A stretch of 61,316 nucleotides of DNA, counting the filler, from Bipalium vagum (Eukaryota): the NCBI GenBank assembly GCA_037834085.1. It is 3 parts of 3 records of this genome, joined end to end, with 100 filler letters (N's around TTAATTAATTAA, not from the genome) between each part and the next. Parts side by side here need not be neighbours in the genome. Positions count along the whole stretch, not along the records: positions 1 to 18,140 come from JBBMKC010039247.1; 2 more parts are not named here. The stretch is one strand, 5' to 3'. The notes beneath the pieces are model-generated. The model did not search any database. It was not told the DNA's origin and saw only the letters and a list, made by a program, of their open reading frames with translations. Of this stretch, positions 1 to 12,000 are shown piece by piece. Both the position numbers and the translations under genes were made by a program. The first letter of the stretch is position 1. Every line of letters begins with the position of its first letter.

Positions 1-1677
1 ATTAAGAAATATAAACCATTATATTATATTAATATTGTGTCGTATTCAGAATTGATAGTGTAAGGATTGTGGAACATTTCAGACATTTATTATGATCCCA
101 GACTTGTGCATTATCTTTTTGAATTTCATTGCATTGTATTTTATTTTGGTGTGGTATAAATACAAGTGTTGTTTTACTGATTGTTTTGATTTGTACGACC
201 TAAGATTTTGGAGTCAGGATAAATTTGATACCCTAAATATTGAACATATATTTAAATTAATCAATCGGAATTAAACAATTGGATAGATCCCCAATTTTTG
301 TTCCAATAACAAAATTCTTTTTTGTGTTCCTCTAATATAACCTTTTTGCTTTCTCAACGTCAAGTAGGGCGGAGAAACGCTTTTTACTTTCGAGGGCTCT
401 TGAGGCTAAGATAGCGAAGAGCATAAACTAAACATCTCAAAGTTTCTCCGGTACTTATTAATAATAATAATAATAATATTGGTGTTTGTAAAAATAATTT
501 TGTTCAACAAAGTTTTAAACCAAATAAAGTTTTTAAATTCATAAAAGAGCTTTTTGTTTTGTCTTAGTGATTAAAATTTTTTATTCGTTGATTCACATTC
601 ATTCGCACGCAATTTACAGTTTTCCAGTCGATTAAAAATAAACATAACCAAACGCTATCTTTCACATAATCCGCATGTTACACTCTCTAAATCCTTCTGA
701 AATCTTTCATACTAAACGAGCCACGTTAAGTTTTGGAAAAATAGATAGGGTTTAATCAAGTTAATACCAACTCCAATATCAAAACTTAACAAACTTCCTT
801 TAAAATATGTATTGGCAATACGGATGAATATTTCTGTTAACGAAATTCGTTATGGTTTTCAAAAAAATGTAAATGTTTTGTCTTAAGTGGGCAAGTTCAT
901 AAGAATACACCTAATAATCATACAGAATTTAGAATTCCTAATTCTTCTTTTATTTGAATATTATTAACTATATATTAAATTGACTATCAAAATGTGCAAA
1001 TATTATTAAGAATACATATTTGAATAAGGCCTTCCAGGTAACTTGATCGTAATTATCAATCCAATGTTATAGCTACTAAAATTCCTTTATAAAACTAATA
1101 ATTATTAATGTTCATATTAGAATTTTGAAAATCAACCACAGCATGATAATAAAAATAATACATGTAAACAAAATTAGTTGTTTTCCTATTTTAGCTCATA
1201 TTGTTTTTTAAAAATTAACTGCACTTTGATGAGTCGTTAAAAATTAAACTTCTCAGAACTGATAAAAATAAAAAATTGAATTTGAACAGCACAGAAAATT
1301 TGAAAGTGAATTAGTAACCCATTAGTAATTAGTGTCCATCTAATTAACAATAAAAATTGGTCCCCATTTTCAAGTTATCTTGAAGATTTTTCTTATATAG
1401 TGATAATGCTTAGACCGTAAAAAATATGTTAAATATTACATACCATAAGGAGTTTTAAATATGAGGATAGAATAAAATAATAGAAAAATTATTACCTTTT
1501 TTTTAAACTCATGAATTTGAAGTCTCAGCTATGCCAAAAAATCACGAAGATTAAAGATTTTTAAACAACTTCAAATTAGAGATAAAACGCTGAAGCAGTG
1601 AGCCTGATGATCATTTTTTCCTTTTTAGAGAGTTTGTTGCACTTTCATTATTAAAATTAAAATAATAACAAGACACA

Positions 1678-1690
1678 TTTATTATGTACA
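1678..1690 (-). promoter_or_regulatory. Probable ASH1L poly(A) signal AATAAA with abutting UGUACAUA (Pumilio/CFIm-type) element
   Basis: Minus strand reads TGTACATAATAAA about 700 nt downstream of the stop codon, where the ATCGAT-rich composition ends. Confidence 0.4.
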
Positions 1691-2373
1691 CATTCTTACT
1701 TTTTTCCTGTTTTGTTCCTCTCAATCGATAAATCGATAACGAATAAACATACAACATGGAAAGTAAACAAACAAATCAATAAAAATAAACACCTAAAGAC
1801 AGATAAAATCGATATATAACAAATTCTAAAAACACTATTGATAATAATGATTATTATTATTATTGCTTTGAAATAATAAATATTGAAAAGCAATAAATTA
1901 TGGAAAAATCGATGCAACAGTAACGACAAGAAATTCAATCAAAACTCGGTATTTTTCCTTCACAACATTGGAATCAGGGTCAAGTGCACCACAAAATGGA
2001 ACTCCCTCTAATTGGAAATTCTCAAACGTATAACTCTCTAATGAACAAATTCAATCGACATTCACAAAATTTGATAACAAAATTGTGTTCAATAATCAAT
2101 GGACAATGTTAGTGAATAGACGGCCCAGAAAAGAGATCATAATAATAGTTAAGATTATTGAGTTTTTCTTAATAATAAACTTTTTTGTGACAATAATAAA
2201 GAAAATCAATAATAAATAAATCAATTAATCAATCAATAATAGATATACATATATATTTATGAATATGTGTAAAATACGCTGCCATTGATTTTTTTTCTTA
2301 TTCTTCCTTCACATAGAATAATGATAATATTTTTATCGATAATCACAAACCCAAAGACAGGTATTTCAACAAT

Positions 2374-5300
2374 TCAATTGGATGAGATATTTTCGATACT
2401 GGAAAAATCATTGGCTGCCGTTATATGACGGGTTTCCGTAGAAACCACAATTGACGTTGTTCCACCACCGCCACAAGGAGTAACGGATTGGACGGCAGGA
2501 ACAGTAGAACTGGGAGCAGCAGTACCGGGGGTGTCGGTGATTAGTTGAGTATTCGTTGTGTCTGCTTGTTTCTTGACGGCATCGGAACCGGAACCAATAC
2601 CAGACATGATATTGACAACACTGTTGGATGTTGCACTGATATTGGTGGTTACAACACAAGTAACGGGAGCGGCATACGAAATATCAATACTATCATTACT
2701 GTTGTTATTGTTGCTGTTAGCAATGGAAGCAGACGAAGAGAAATGTGACCTGGACACATCGTCGGCAGCATCAGTAGTTGTCACGTCAACAGAACTGGGA
2801 ACCACAGATGACGACGACAAAGGGAACTGAGGAAGGGGAGAGACTGAAGTCGTAGGGGGTTGGAGTAACAAAATCTGAGAAGATCCAGTTGGAGAAGAAT
2901 TCAAGTGAACTGTGGCAACGGCCTTTGAGACGGAGCTCAAATCAACGACAGTTTCGCCGATATCGTCCTGATCTTCCCGCCGTTCATGGTCAACATCAAC
3001 GATCTTATCATTGTTCTGATGCTTGCTAATGTCTTCAATTATCATCGATTTCGTTAGGCTAACAACGGTTGAGGTGAATTGGGTCACTTGTACGTCTGTT
3101 GTTATGGCCGTATATATAACTGGCTCTGTGTTGTTAACTGCACGGACAGAACTATTTTCATCCTCTTCTCCACCAGCATCATCCTTATCGTTATAATAAT
3201 TATTAATGTTATTATTATCGTCGTCACAACTAACGACTGTAACAACTTCTGTAGTCTTGACAACAAAATCCTTGGCAGCGGTCTCAGTAGTTTCGGTTGC
3301 CAGTTTCGAAGAGGCTGGGACGACATTGACAATCTCACTACCCGACGCCATGGCCATAGTCGTCGTCAAGTAACTACTGGTTCCCGTAGAAACTGTAGTT
3401 TTGACATCATTGTTGACAGTGGTAACCAAAGGATTGATGGCGGTATAGGAAAAATCAAAAGGGATTCGTTTGGGAACACCCTTTTTTCGTTTGCTGCGAT
3501 TGGCTGCAGCCATAGATGACAGTGAAGACAGAGACGAAGACGAGGCAGATGATGAGGAATAGCAGGTGGAAGAAAAGACGGTGGCGGTGGTTATGTTAGT
3601 AGTCTTGCACAATTCGCTTTTGGTTTTTGTGTCGCTGGTCTCAGTTACAACAGACGGCGACAAAGTTGTCGTCCTGGTATCGATACCGGTGCCACAACCA
3701 TTGTCTTCAATGTGAGAAGGTAGCATGAGGGACAAAAGTGGAACTGTCGAATGCGTTTCAATTTTCGAAACTGCACTGCGTTTGGACAAATCCAATGAAT
3801 CCTTAACCCCACCAGTTGTTGTTGCCGTGGTTACGGAATTGATTGTGGAGGTGGAATTCAAAGAATGATTGCCTTTTGTCGTTGTGACTTTCGTTGACGT
3901 TGTCATAGTTATCGATGTTGAGGTGGAAGAAGAAATCGACGTAACTGGTTGTGAGCGTGATTTAGAAACGGATTTTGTTGCTATGGAATTCGTTGTGATA
4001 TTCTTCGTGGAGCACGAAGAGGCTGATATCGATCCCTGTCCAGTCGTTGTCCTTAACTTGGTCACTTCTGCTCCTGATGCTGCTGCTATCGCTGTTGACG
4101 CTGACAAGGCCGACACTGCCGTTGCTGTTTTTGTTGTTGTCATCACCAGTGGCAACGGTTGTGATTGTCGAGGTCCGACAATGGAACGAGACTCGGTTTT
4201 GTGATCGTCTCCGATTCCTGTCGGCATCACAGATTTAGGATGTGACGATGTCGAGTCTCCCCGGTGCCGCTCTCGCTTTTGTTTGACCTTCATTCGCTCT
4301 AATTTGACGAAACACGATTTCGTACTCTCATCGTCGTCTTCGTCAATTTTTATGGTCGGTGCCGTCAACATTGTCAATGGCAACTCCATCACAGATGCCG
4401 AGGATACGGACAACTCTGAGGCCGCCGGTGGACCGCCGTTTCCGGTTGATTGAATTATATTAGCGATTGAGTTGTACGACGATGACAAAGACACTTGTGA
4501 CTGTAGTGGAGTGTGACCAATGACCATCGTAGTCGAGGACGATGGGAGACAGGAGGTTGAAGGGGTCGTCCTGGAGATTTCGTTGCTCGTGAAAATTCCC
4601 TTGATATTGAGACCAGTAAGAATCAATTCCACGTCGGCATTACTATTGCTATTGCTATTACTATTACCACCGTTGCTATGGTTATTATTTGAATTGGAAT
4701 CCATTGTCAGTGAGATTTTTTTATCACAACTACCACCATCACTATTATTATTATATTCAACCGGTGTCAACTCCAGCAAACTCTTTCGACTTCTCGTCCG
4801 AGGTCGATTGGTTGTCGTGTTAGCACCGTTGCCAATGTCACTGCCACTTGACGTCAACGTCGATGACAATCCAATTCTGGCTGCCTTGGTAACAGGTACC
4901 CATTCGTCGTCTTCGGCAGCACTGATTTCACTGACTGGCTTTATTTCATTTCTCTTGGAAGAGGAGGCCGCCGATTTTTTTCTAGACGATGTTCCCGTTG
5001 TTGCTCCTTTGCTTCCTCCTGTTGTCCCGGTTGTCGGGGCTTTTTTCGAACCAGTTCCCGTCGCTACTTTTTTATGGGATACTTTAGATTGGAATGCAGT
5101 TGATGATAACCTTTTCAGATTAGTTTCATCGATGCCGTTGCCATGGTTTTCGGAGCTGTTCTTTAAAAGATTGACGAAGTCTCCGAAATTTATTTCACTG
5201 CCAAAATTCGATTGGACGTCCAAATTCTCTCTGAGGGAACTCACAGTCGTTGTCGTCGTCTTTGTTTTGTCTTCAACTGAGTTTTCTTCATCGATGGACA

Positions 5301-6099
5301 ATAATGGACACGTTGGTTCCTCCGTAACAACGTTCAAAATGGAAAATGATGCTGCTGATTGCACATCTTTTTTATTGATCATCGATTTATTATCATCCCT
5401 GTCTGTCGTTATACTTCTGTTACCATCAACTGTTCCTGTTGCGGCCGTGCCAGTATTGGTCTTGGGTGTGGACGATTGTTGGATTTCGTCGACAACGATC
5501 ATCAATTGAGGCGAACTGTCCGAGGCATCAGAGGTTATTGTCGTTCCACCACCACTAATGTCTTTGTTTGATACTTCCACCGCCATCATAGATTCATCGT
5601 TTGGAGACAATGGTGACGATAATGATGACGTTATCAACGGTACCGATTCGGTTTTTATGACATTGGTTTTACTACTGATACTGGACTGCTGTCGCCGTTG
5701 TCTTTGTCGACGACGAAGTCGGTCGGGTTCTGCAATTTCGTCTGTTTCCTCATGGCCCCCTTTGACTTGCTGCCCATTTTTCTTTTCTTTTTCTTTGTCG
5801 CCGTCTTCGTCGTCGTGGACGATGTTGATCTTTTCGACAATTTCTTCGTCACACTTGGTTGGCAATTTTCGCGGATTAAACGACTTCCTTGGTCCATGGG
5901 AAATTACCGTTTCCATCAATGGTCTCAGTGGAGACTTTGAACCGGAATTTTCACAAAGAGGACTCGCTCCACGACTGGAAGCTGTGGAACCCGATGCACT
6001 GGACGTTGACGAACTCAATGGCAAATTTCGATTCCTCTCATAGGCAAAGTCTACGAGCTTGTTCAATAACTTTTTCAACGATTGCATTTTGCGCGATAT
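2374..6099 (-). CDS. ASH1L: ASH1L last coding exon (S/T-rich low-complexity C-terminal region)
   Basis: Acceptor tttaag at 6100, phase 0 (ISRKMQSLKKLL...), open to TGA at 2374; GC-rich relative to flanks. Confidence 0.85.
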   Translation of the reverse strand: MSRKMQSLKKLLNKLVDFAYERNRNLPLSSSTSSASGSTASSRGASPLCENSGSKSPLRPLMETVISHGPRKSFNPRKLPTKCDEEIVEKINIVHDDEDGDKEKEKKNGQQVKGGHEETDEIAEPDRLRRRQRQRRQQSSISSKTNVIKTESVPLITSSLSSPLSPNDESMMAVEVSNKDISGGGTTITSDASDSSPQLMIVVDEIQQSSTPKTNTGTAATGTVDGNRSITTDRDDNKSMINKKDVQSAASFSILNVVTEEPTCPLLSIDEENSVEDKTKTTTTTVSSLRENLDVQSNFGSEINFGDFVNLLKNSSENHGNGIDETNLKRLSSTAFQSKVSHKKVATGTGSKKAPTTGTTGGSKGATTGTSSRKKSAASSSKRNEIKPVSEISAAEDDEWVPVTKAARIGLSSTLTSSGSDIGNGANTTTNRPRTRSRKSLLELTPVEYNNNSDGGSCDKKISLTMDSNSNNNHSNGGNSNSNSNSNADVELILTGLNIKGIFTSNEISRTTPSTSCLPSSSTTMVIGHTPLQSQVSLSSSYNSIANIIQSTGNGGPPAASELSVSSASVMELPLTMLTAPTIKIDEDDDESTKSCFVKLERMKVKQKRERHRGDSTSSHPKSVMPTGIGDDHKTESRSIVGPRQSQPLPLVMTTTKTATAVSALSASTAIAAASGAEVTKLRTTTGQGSISASSCSTKNITTNSIATKSVSKSRSQPVTSISSSTSTSITMTTSTKVTTTKGNHSLNSTSTINSVTTATTTGGVKDSLDLSKRSAVSKIETHSTVPLLSLMLPSHIEDNGCGTGIDTRTTTLSPSVVTETSDTKTKSELCKTTNITTATVFSSTCYSSSSASSSSLSSLSSMAAANRSKRKKGVPKRIPFDFSYTAINPLVTTVNNDVKTTVSTGTSSYLTTTMAMASGSEIVNVVPASSKLATETTETAAKDFVVKTTEVVTVVSCDDDNNNINNYYNDKDDAGGEEDENSSVRAVNNTEPVIYTAITTDVQVTQFTSTVVSLTKSMIIEDISKHQNNDKIVDVDHERREDQDDIGETVVDLSSVSKAVATVHLNSSPTGSSQILLLQPPTTSVSPLPQFPLSSSSVVPSSVDVTTTDAADDVSRSHFSSSASIANSNNNNSNDSIDISYAAPVTCVVTTNISATSNSVVNIMSGIGSGSDAVKKQADTTNTQLITDTPGTAAPSSTVPAVQSVTPCGGGGTTSIVVSTETRHITAANDFSSIENISSN

Positions 6100-9000
6100 C
6101 TTAAATATTTATATTAATTTTTTATTAATTGTGATTATTATTGATGATTTTTATAATTATTATCGATTTTTATTATTAATTGTTATTACTGATCATCAAA
6201 CAGTATTTGATTGACTATCAATTTGAGACTGAGTGAGCATAAAAATTATCTACACTACAAAAAAACTTACACGTTCTTCTTGAGACAAATTTCTGGTGAC
6301 AACTTTTTGATTGTTTGATTCGATGAGTGGCAAGAAACCTTTGTCCAGACCCAATAGATCCTGGGACAAATATTGACGACAAAACCGCTCATTGGTCATC
6401 GCCGTCATTGCGAGTGCTACCCCTGACGATGGTATTGAGACTGGAGAACAATCACTGACACCAGCACCAACAGAAGCGACAGTGACAGCGGTATTGACAT
6501 TAGCAATAGCGTTAGCAACGGCCACACAGTTGTTGCTATTGGCACTGTCCTGAAACCTCTCAAAGCAATACGCTTTGGTATTGATTTTCAAATAAGCTGG
6601 GTCGAGCTCACTCCAATCCCCGTGCTGATTGATCATCCAATCACAAACAAATACGTCCAAATTCTTCTGGTTCTGATTGGTTCCATTCTGGAGCAGAGGG
6701 CGGCCTTGGCGAAACGTGTAACTGTTCAGTACGAAGCACCGTCCCAGACACTCATCAACGGGCAAAATCCTCGTCAAATCAGTGTATACCAATTCGTACT
6801 GGTGCCATTTATGCGTGTTTAAATCGATTGGTGACTGTGAAGACGACGAGTAGGATGACGATGGGTGGGAGATTGAGGATGACGACAATTTCCGTTTGTT
6901 GCCCGTGGTAACGTTTCCAACTGTTGCTGCTGCCGCCGCTGCTGTAGTCTTTGGATTGTGTTGATTGTGTCTCTTGTCGAGCAATGATTTCAATTGGCTG
7001 TCGTATGGCCTGAGGAACAATCCGCCTTCCATCCAACGGCGACCGCTGCTGTCCTTCCACAGACTGTAAATGCGCATTATTGTGCGCAATGTCAAATCGA
7101 TTGGCATTGAAGACGTCGTTGACGTTGTAGGGCTGTTATTGCTATTTTGTGGACCGGTGGTTGTCATTGACGACTGGGATGTAGTCAATGTTGTTGATAC
7201 GGCGAGGCCTTCTGTCGTTGTAATAGATCCAACATTTGCGGGAGATGATTTCGATTGTTTCGATGATCTCATTATTGATCGAGACGACTGGGTGCCGGTA
7301 CCAGTAGTCATGGCTGTGGGGGCAGATAGCTGTGAGCCTGATGAAGCACTGGTTTCGATCTTTGCCGCCGTCGTCCTCACTGTTTTATTATCCAAATTAT
7401 CTACATTATTACTATTATTGTTACTGTTGCTGGCGTTGGAACGAAAATCAATCGATGCTGCTGCGCTATGCGAAATGTACACGAAATCATCAATTTTCAA
7501 TAAATTATTGTCCGAGTGCAGCAGAGTCCAAAAGAGTGTGTTGTCACTGCCGATCGTTTCATCCGTAATGACAAAGTGCCGCGGAATTTCACGAATGAGC
7601 GACTCCTGGGGAATGTTGAGGCAAATATGACAATAGTACGGTTCCATCCGTGTCACGTCGGCCAGCTCTGATGAGCGGGCCACGTTCATGCAGTAGGCAT
7701 GCTGCCAGACGAAACATCGATCACATTGGACCATGACGTGGCCAGCCTCAATCAGGAAGCCGCAAATGCACTTGATCACTTCGGCACCACGTTCTAATCG
7801 ATTGCGAGCTCCAGCGCTACTGTTGCTACCGCAACCAATGGTTCCGGCACCGGAGGATGTTTGCTTGCGTCGTTTGATTTTATGATTGGTAGTTGTCGTT
7901 GTCGTTGAAACGGGTTCAGAGATTGAACTGATGAGATCCGATGCCGAAGAGTTGATTCCACCAATCACTTCCTGGTTATTGTTGCTAAGGTGATGGTTCT
8001 GGTGGTGATGTTGGGACGTTTTCATAGCGGCCAATGCACTCGTTATCAATTGCAGATTATTTGACAACAACTTTTGCTTATCCTTCTCGTCAAAAATCTC
8101 GTCCGTCAACGCCTCGTAGAGAGCAATCGAATTCGATTTCAGCTCCCGATAGATGGGTTTGATTCTTTCGGCACACTGCCCTATGTTGCTGTGCTTGCCA
8201 GCGTAGAACTCAACGTTGTGCAGCATCTGCAGCACGTCCTGGTCGAAGGCCATCATCGTCTGGTAGTGGCCATCCAATAATCGATTGTAGATCTGACTGA
8301 GACTGGCAACACTATCGAGACCGATCATTCGGTAAAATTCCGGATACTTCTTCCGGTTGAGACAATTAATAAAAGGAGCAACCAATTGCTGCGGTTGTCG
8401 ATGATTATAGTTGTGATGGTCATGATGTTGAGATTGCACAGAACCGCTTTGATGGTTGTTGGTCGTTGATGTCATTCCCTTCGTTGTTGCTGTAGCGACT
8501 GATGTCGTCGTTGTTGTTGACGAAGAAACCGTCAGAGGATCCTTTTGATCAAGTAACGTGTTATACAAGTCCTTCAACACCTGTAATAGTCATAATAAAG
8601 ATAGATCAATTTATTAAAATTATTATTATCATCAATTATTAATATTATTATTGATTATTCCTCAGCACCTGTCCCAATTGAGCCAATCTTGTCAGAGCGT
8701 CATTGTCCTGGGCATTTTGCAATTGGCGTGTTTTAATCGATCGGATCGAATTCAGTGCCGACATTTGAGTGAGAAATTGATTTTTCTTCGCCTTACGCCG
8801 CTTGATCTCACTGATGGTTGAGGGTAATCGATTACCGTGTTGGAACTGTGGTTTACGGATTCCCAGTCGTTGGCAACGGCCCCGCTCACGGTTGCGAAGC
8901 AGAAAAATCGAGTTGCGTAAAATAAACAGCTTTTCGCGACCGGACAGTAATCGACCGAACACATAGAGCAGTTTCTTGCGGTCTTTTTGACTCTCGGTCT

Positions 9001-12000
9001 GCTCGGGACGCGGTTTGCTGCCAATGAAGCCGCGACACGAAGCGGAACCACACAGACAGATCTGAGTGTTTTTCGTATTGAAAGAGCAGAAGTTGTAATC
9101 GTAACAGAGCTCAGTATCGGGAGCGATGTCTTCGACGGCGAACAGACACATTCGGTAGGCACCGTTGACCATCCATTTCTGCATCTCACAGTTGGGCTGA
9201 CAGCTGTGGTTGACGAATCGAGCCATCGACCCGGAGCGGTAGGCGTCGATGAGCATGTCGCCGTCAAGATGGAGACAGAAGTGATGCGGGTCATCGCGGT
9301 ACAGGTTCATCATGCGATCCTGGAAAGTAAGCTCGTTGATAACCTCCCCCACATATTCCATAATGAACGTTCCCTCGCGGATCGAGCGTGTCGTTATGAC
9401 TCCGCGACCTTTGCCAGGACAATCGACCGTTTTTAAGCCAGGAACCCATTCGCCCTTGCGGATCTTTTGGTTGCCGCATGCGTCCCCGCACTGGCATTGC
9501 TTGGCCTGACACTCGGTATACGTCAGGCGATTCAGACACGAATCTGAGCAGTCCCAAACGATAGGGCTGTGTCGTTTCTTTTTCTTCTTGCTGTTAGTAT
9601 GGTCATTGATTGCAGATGGTGACGATTCGGATGATACTAATAATAATGACAAAGAGTTGACTGCAGAGCAAGAGGATTGATCGATGATTGATTTGGTTTT
9701 ATTGCCATTCTTGTTCTTTTTATTGGTGGTTACTTGGTTAGCAGTGTTACCGTCACTGTTACCGGTAGCAATTTTATTGATTTCTTGATTTTCGTACAGG
9801 TACCGTAACTTGCTGGGCTTGCAGCCGCACCGTTCTACTTCTTCGAACCAATACAACGGCTTCGGATCGACGTATGTGTTGGTACGGATCCGGCGATATT
9901 TGATATTGTTGTCATGGTGACTGTTGCTGTCATTGGAAATTATTGTTCCACTGGGCGAAGGTGGCGGTGGTGGTTGTAAATTAGTTGAGTCTTGGTCGTG
10001 ACTGACACGATTTATTTCTTTAGATTTCTTTGTTCCACCTTTCTTTCCGATTCCGGTGTGATTATCCTTGGATCTTGACGACGTCGTCGTTATCGTCGTT
10101 GTAGAGGTCACCGATAAAGTCGAGCTCAATGTTGATGTTATTGTCGAAGTTGCTGAAACGATTCCCGATACTGTATTCATGGCTGCTGTCGTAGTACCGC
10201 TGGAACCGTTTGACGGAATCATCGTCACCGCATCTGATTTGATCATTTTACTTTTCGATGTCGAATCGATTATTTGATCAACGGCTTTGGATTTTCGGGG
10301 CCTTTTGAATGATACCTTTGATGTCATTGTCGTCGCAGTCATTGCTATTTTATTATCACCAGAAGTTTCCATGGCATCATTGACCGTATTGGGTGTTGCT
10401 CGAGTGACAGTGGTTGTGGTAGTTGTTAAAAGAGAACAAGAAGCAGATGCTGAAGAAATCGATGATGATGAGCACTGTTTCACGTCGTTGACAACACCCG
10501 TTACCGCGGTACCACTGCCACCAACAACAGCTACTACCTCCAAATTGTCCTGTGTACAGCTAGTGGTATTGCTATTGATATTTCCACTGGCAATACTATT
10601 GCTATTATTCAACGACATGGCTACCATATTGGCAAAGCCTCGGGCAGCGGCCTCGCGTTTCGAACGCTTTAACGATTCCGGTTTCGTCGAGGTGTCTTGG
10701 ATCAATGTTGAGTCTTTCGCTGTCTTTGGTGTCGTACTGACCGTGTCACCAGTGGTACTGATTTGTAAAGTCTGTTCGATCTTTGGTACTCGTGAAGAAG
10801 ATGGTAATTGTTGCGATGTTACAGAGGCAATACCGCTTTCATTTTCAGAATGAACATCAACCTCGGTCATACTGTCTTCCGGTTTCGACAAAGAATTGCC
10901 ACTGACACCAACAGCAGTTCCAGTCGATTTTGTTAAACTCGGTGCGGTCTTTTTTTTCCGTTTTGATCGAGATCGAGGCCCAGTTGACAATTTGGACGAC
11001 AAAGTTTTATCTTCATCGAATTTTGAATCGTCTTTACCTAAAGAAACACACAAGATTATAAAATAATAATAATAATAAATATCAATTCAAATCAGAAAAC
11101 TCAGACCGACCGAAATTGATTGCTTCTTGATTGTCCTGAATGAAAGATTTCAAGTCGCCTGTGACGGTTGAGTCCTTTTGATGACTATCTATCACCGACG
11201 GAGGCAAATCGCGTGGAGAGGCCGATTTAGCGGTGTTTTCGAAGTACATCAAGCGCTTGTAACGCTTCCTGGGCGGTAGCATACTCGTGTCTACGCTGGT
11301 CGTCGTTATCGATTTTGACAAGATCTCCAAATCGTTTGTCGGTTGATCTGAGGCCACGGAGATAGTAGCGGCTGTGGAGAGAGGTGCGGGAGATGAGGAC
11401 GAATTCTTCTGTTGTTGTTTCGTCATTGGGTTTTCATTGCGCTTTGGCATTTCGTCGAGATTGATCAGATCGATATTGTCACCCAGATGGATGATGATGA
11501 TCTCGTTTGAATTGACCGCTTCGTTCGACATATCCTTCGATTCAGTTTTTACATTTTTTTTCATAAAATCCGGCCGGGATTGGTCTCGGTCCTTGCAAGA
11601 ATCAGACGTAATCGCCGACTGTTGTTTGGCCTTTTTCGTTGGAGGAATTGACGACGATGACGACGACAAAGCCGTCGTGGGCTTTTTCCGACGCGATTTA
11701 CGACCACGCTTCGCTTTCGAAGGTGATGTTGACGTTTTTTCCGTTGCTATGTCCGTTTCCATAGTCGAATCATCAGCGGCATCGTTGATGGTTGTCGTAA
11801 TGGTCATGGTTTCAATTGCAGTTGCCGCTGTGATGGACATTTTCGAATCGATTCCCTCATTCGGCGTTGTTTCTGATTGCTGTGTTCTGTTTTCGGTTCC
11901 GGAATCGTGGAGAGGATCCGTCACCGGTGGTAAGGACACGATCGATGCAGTAGCAACGGGGCTAGCTGGAGAAATTGGTTCAATTATAGCTCCATCGAGA

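Noticed and set aside
9270-9295. SET-domain HHFCL versus the usual (D)HYCL as a product-specificity switch
   Set aside because: Tyr/Phe varies at this position among SET domains and the key EYxGE, NHSC and YDY motifs are intact; no effect can be supported from sequence alone.
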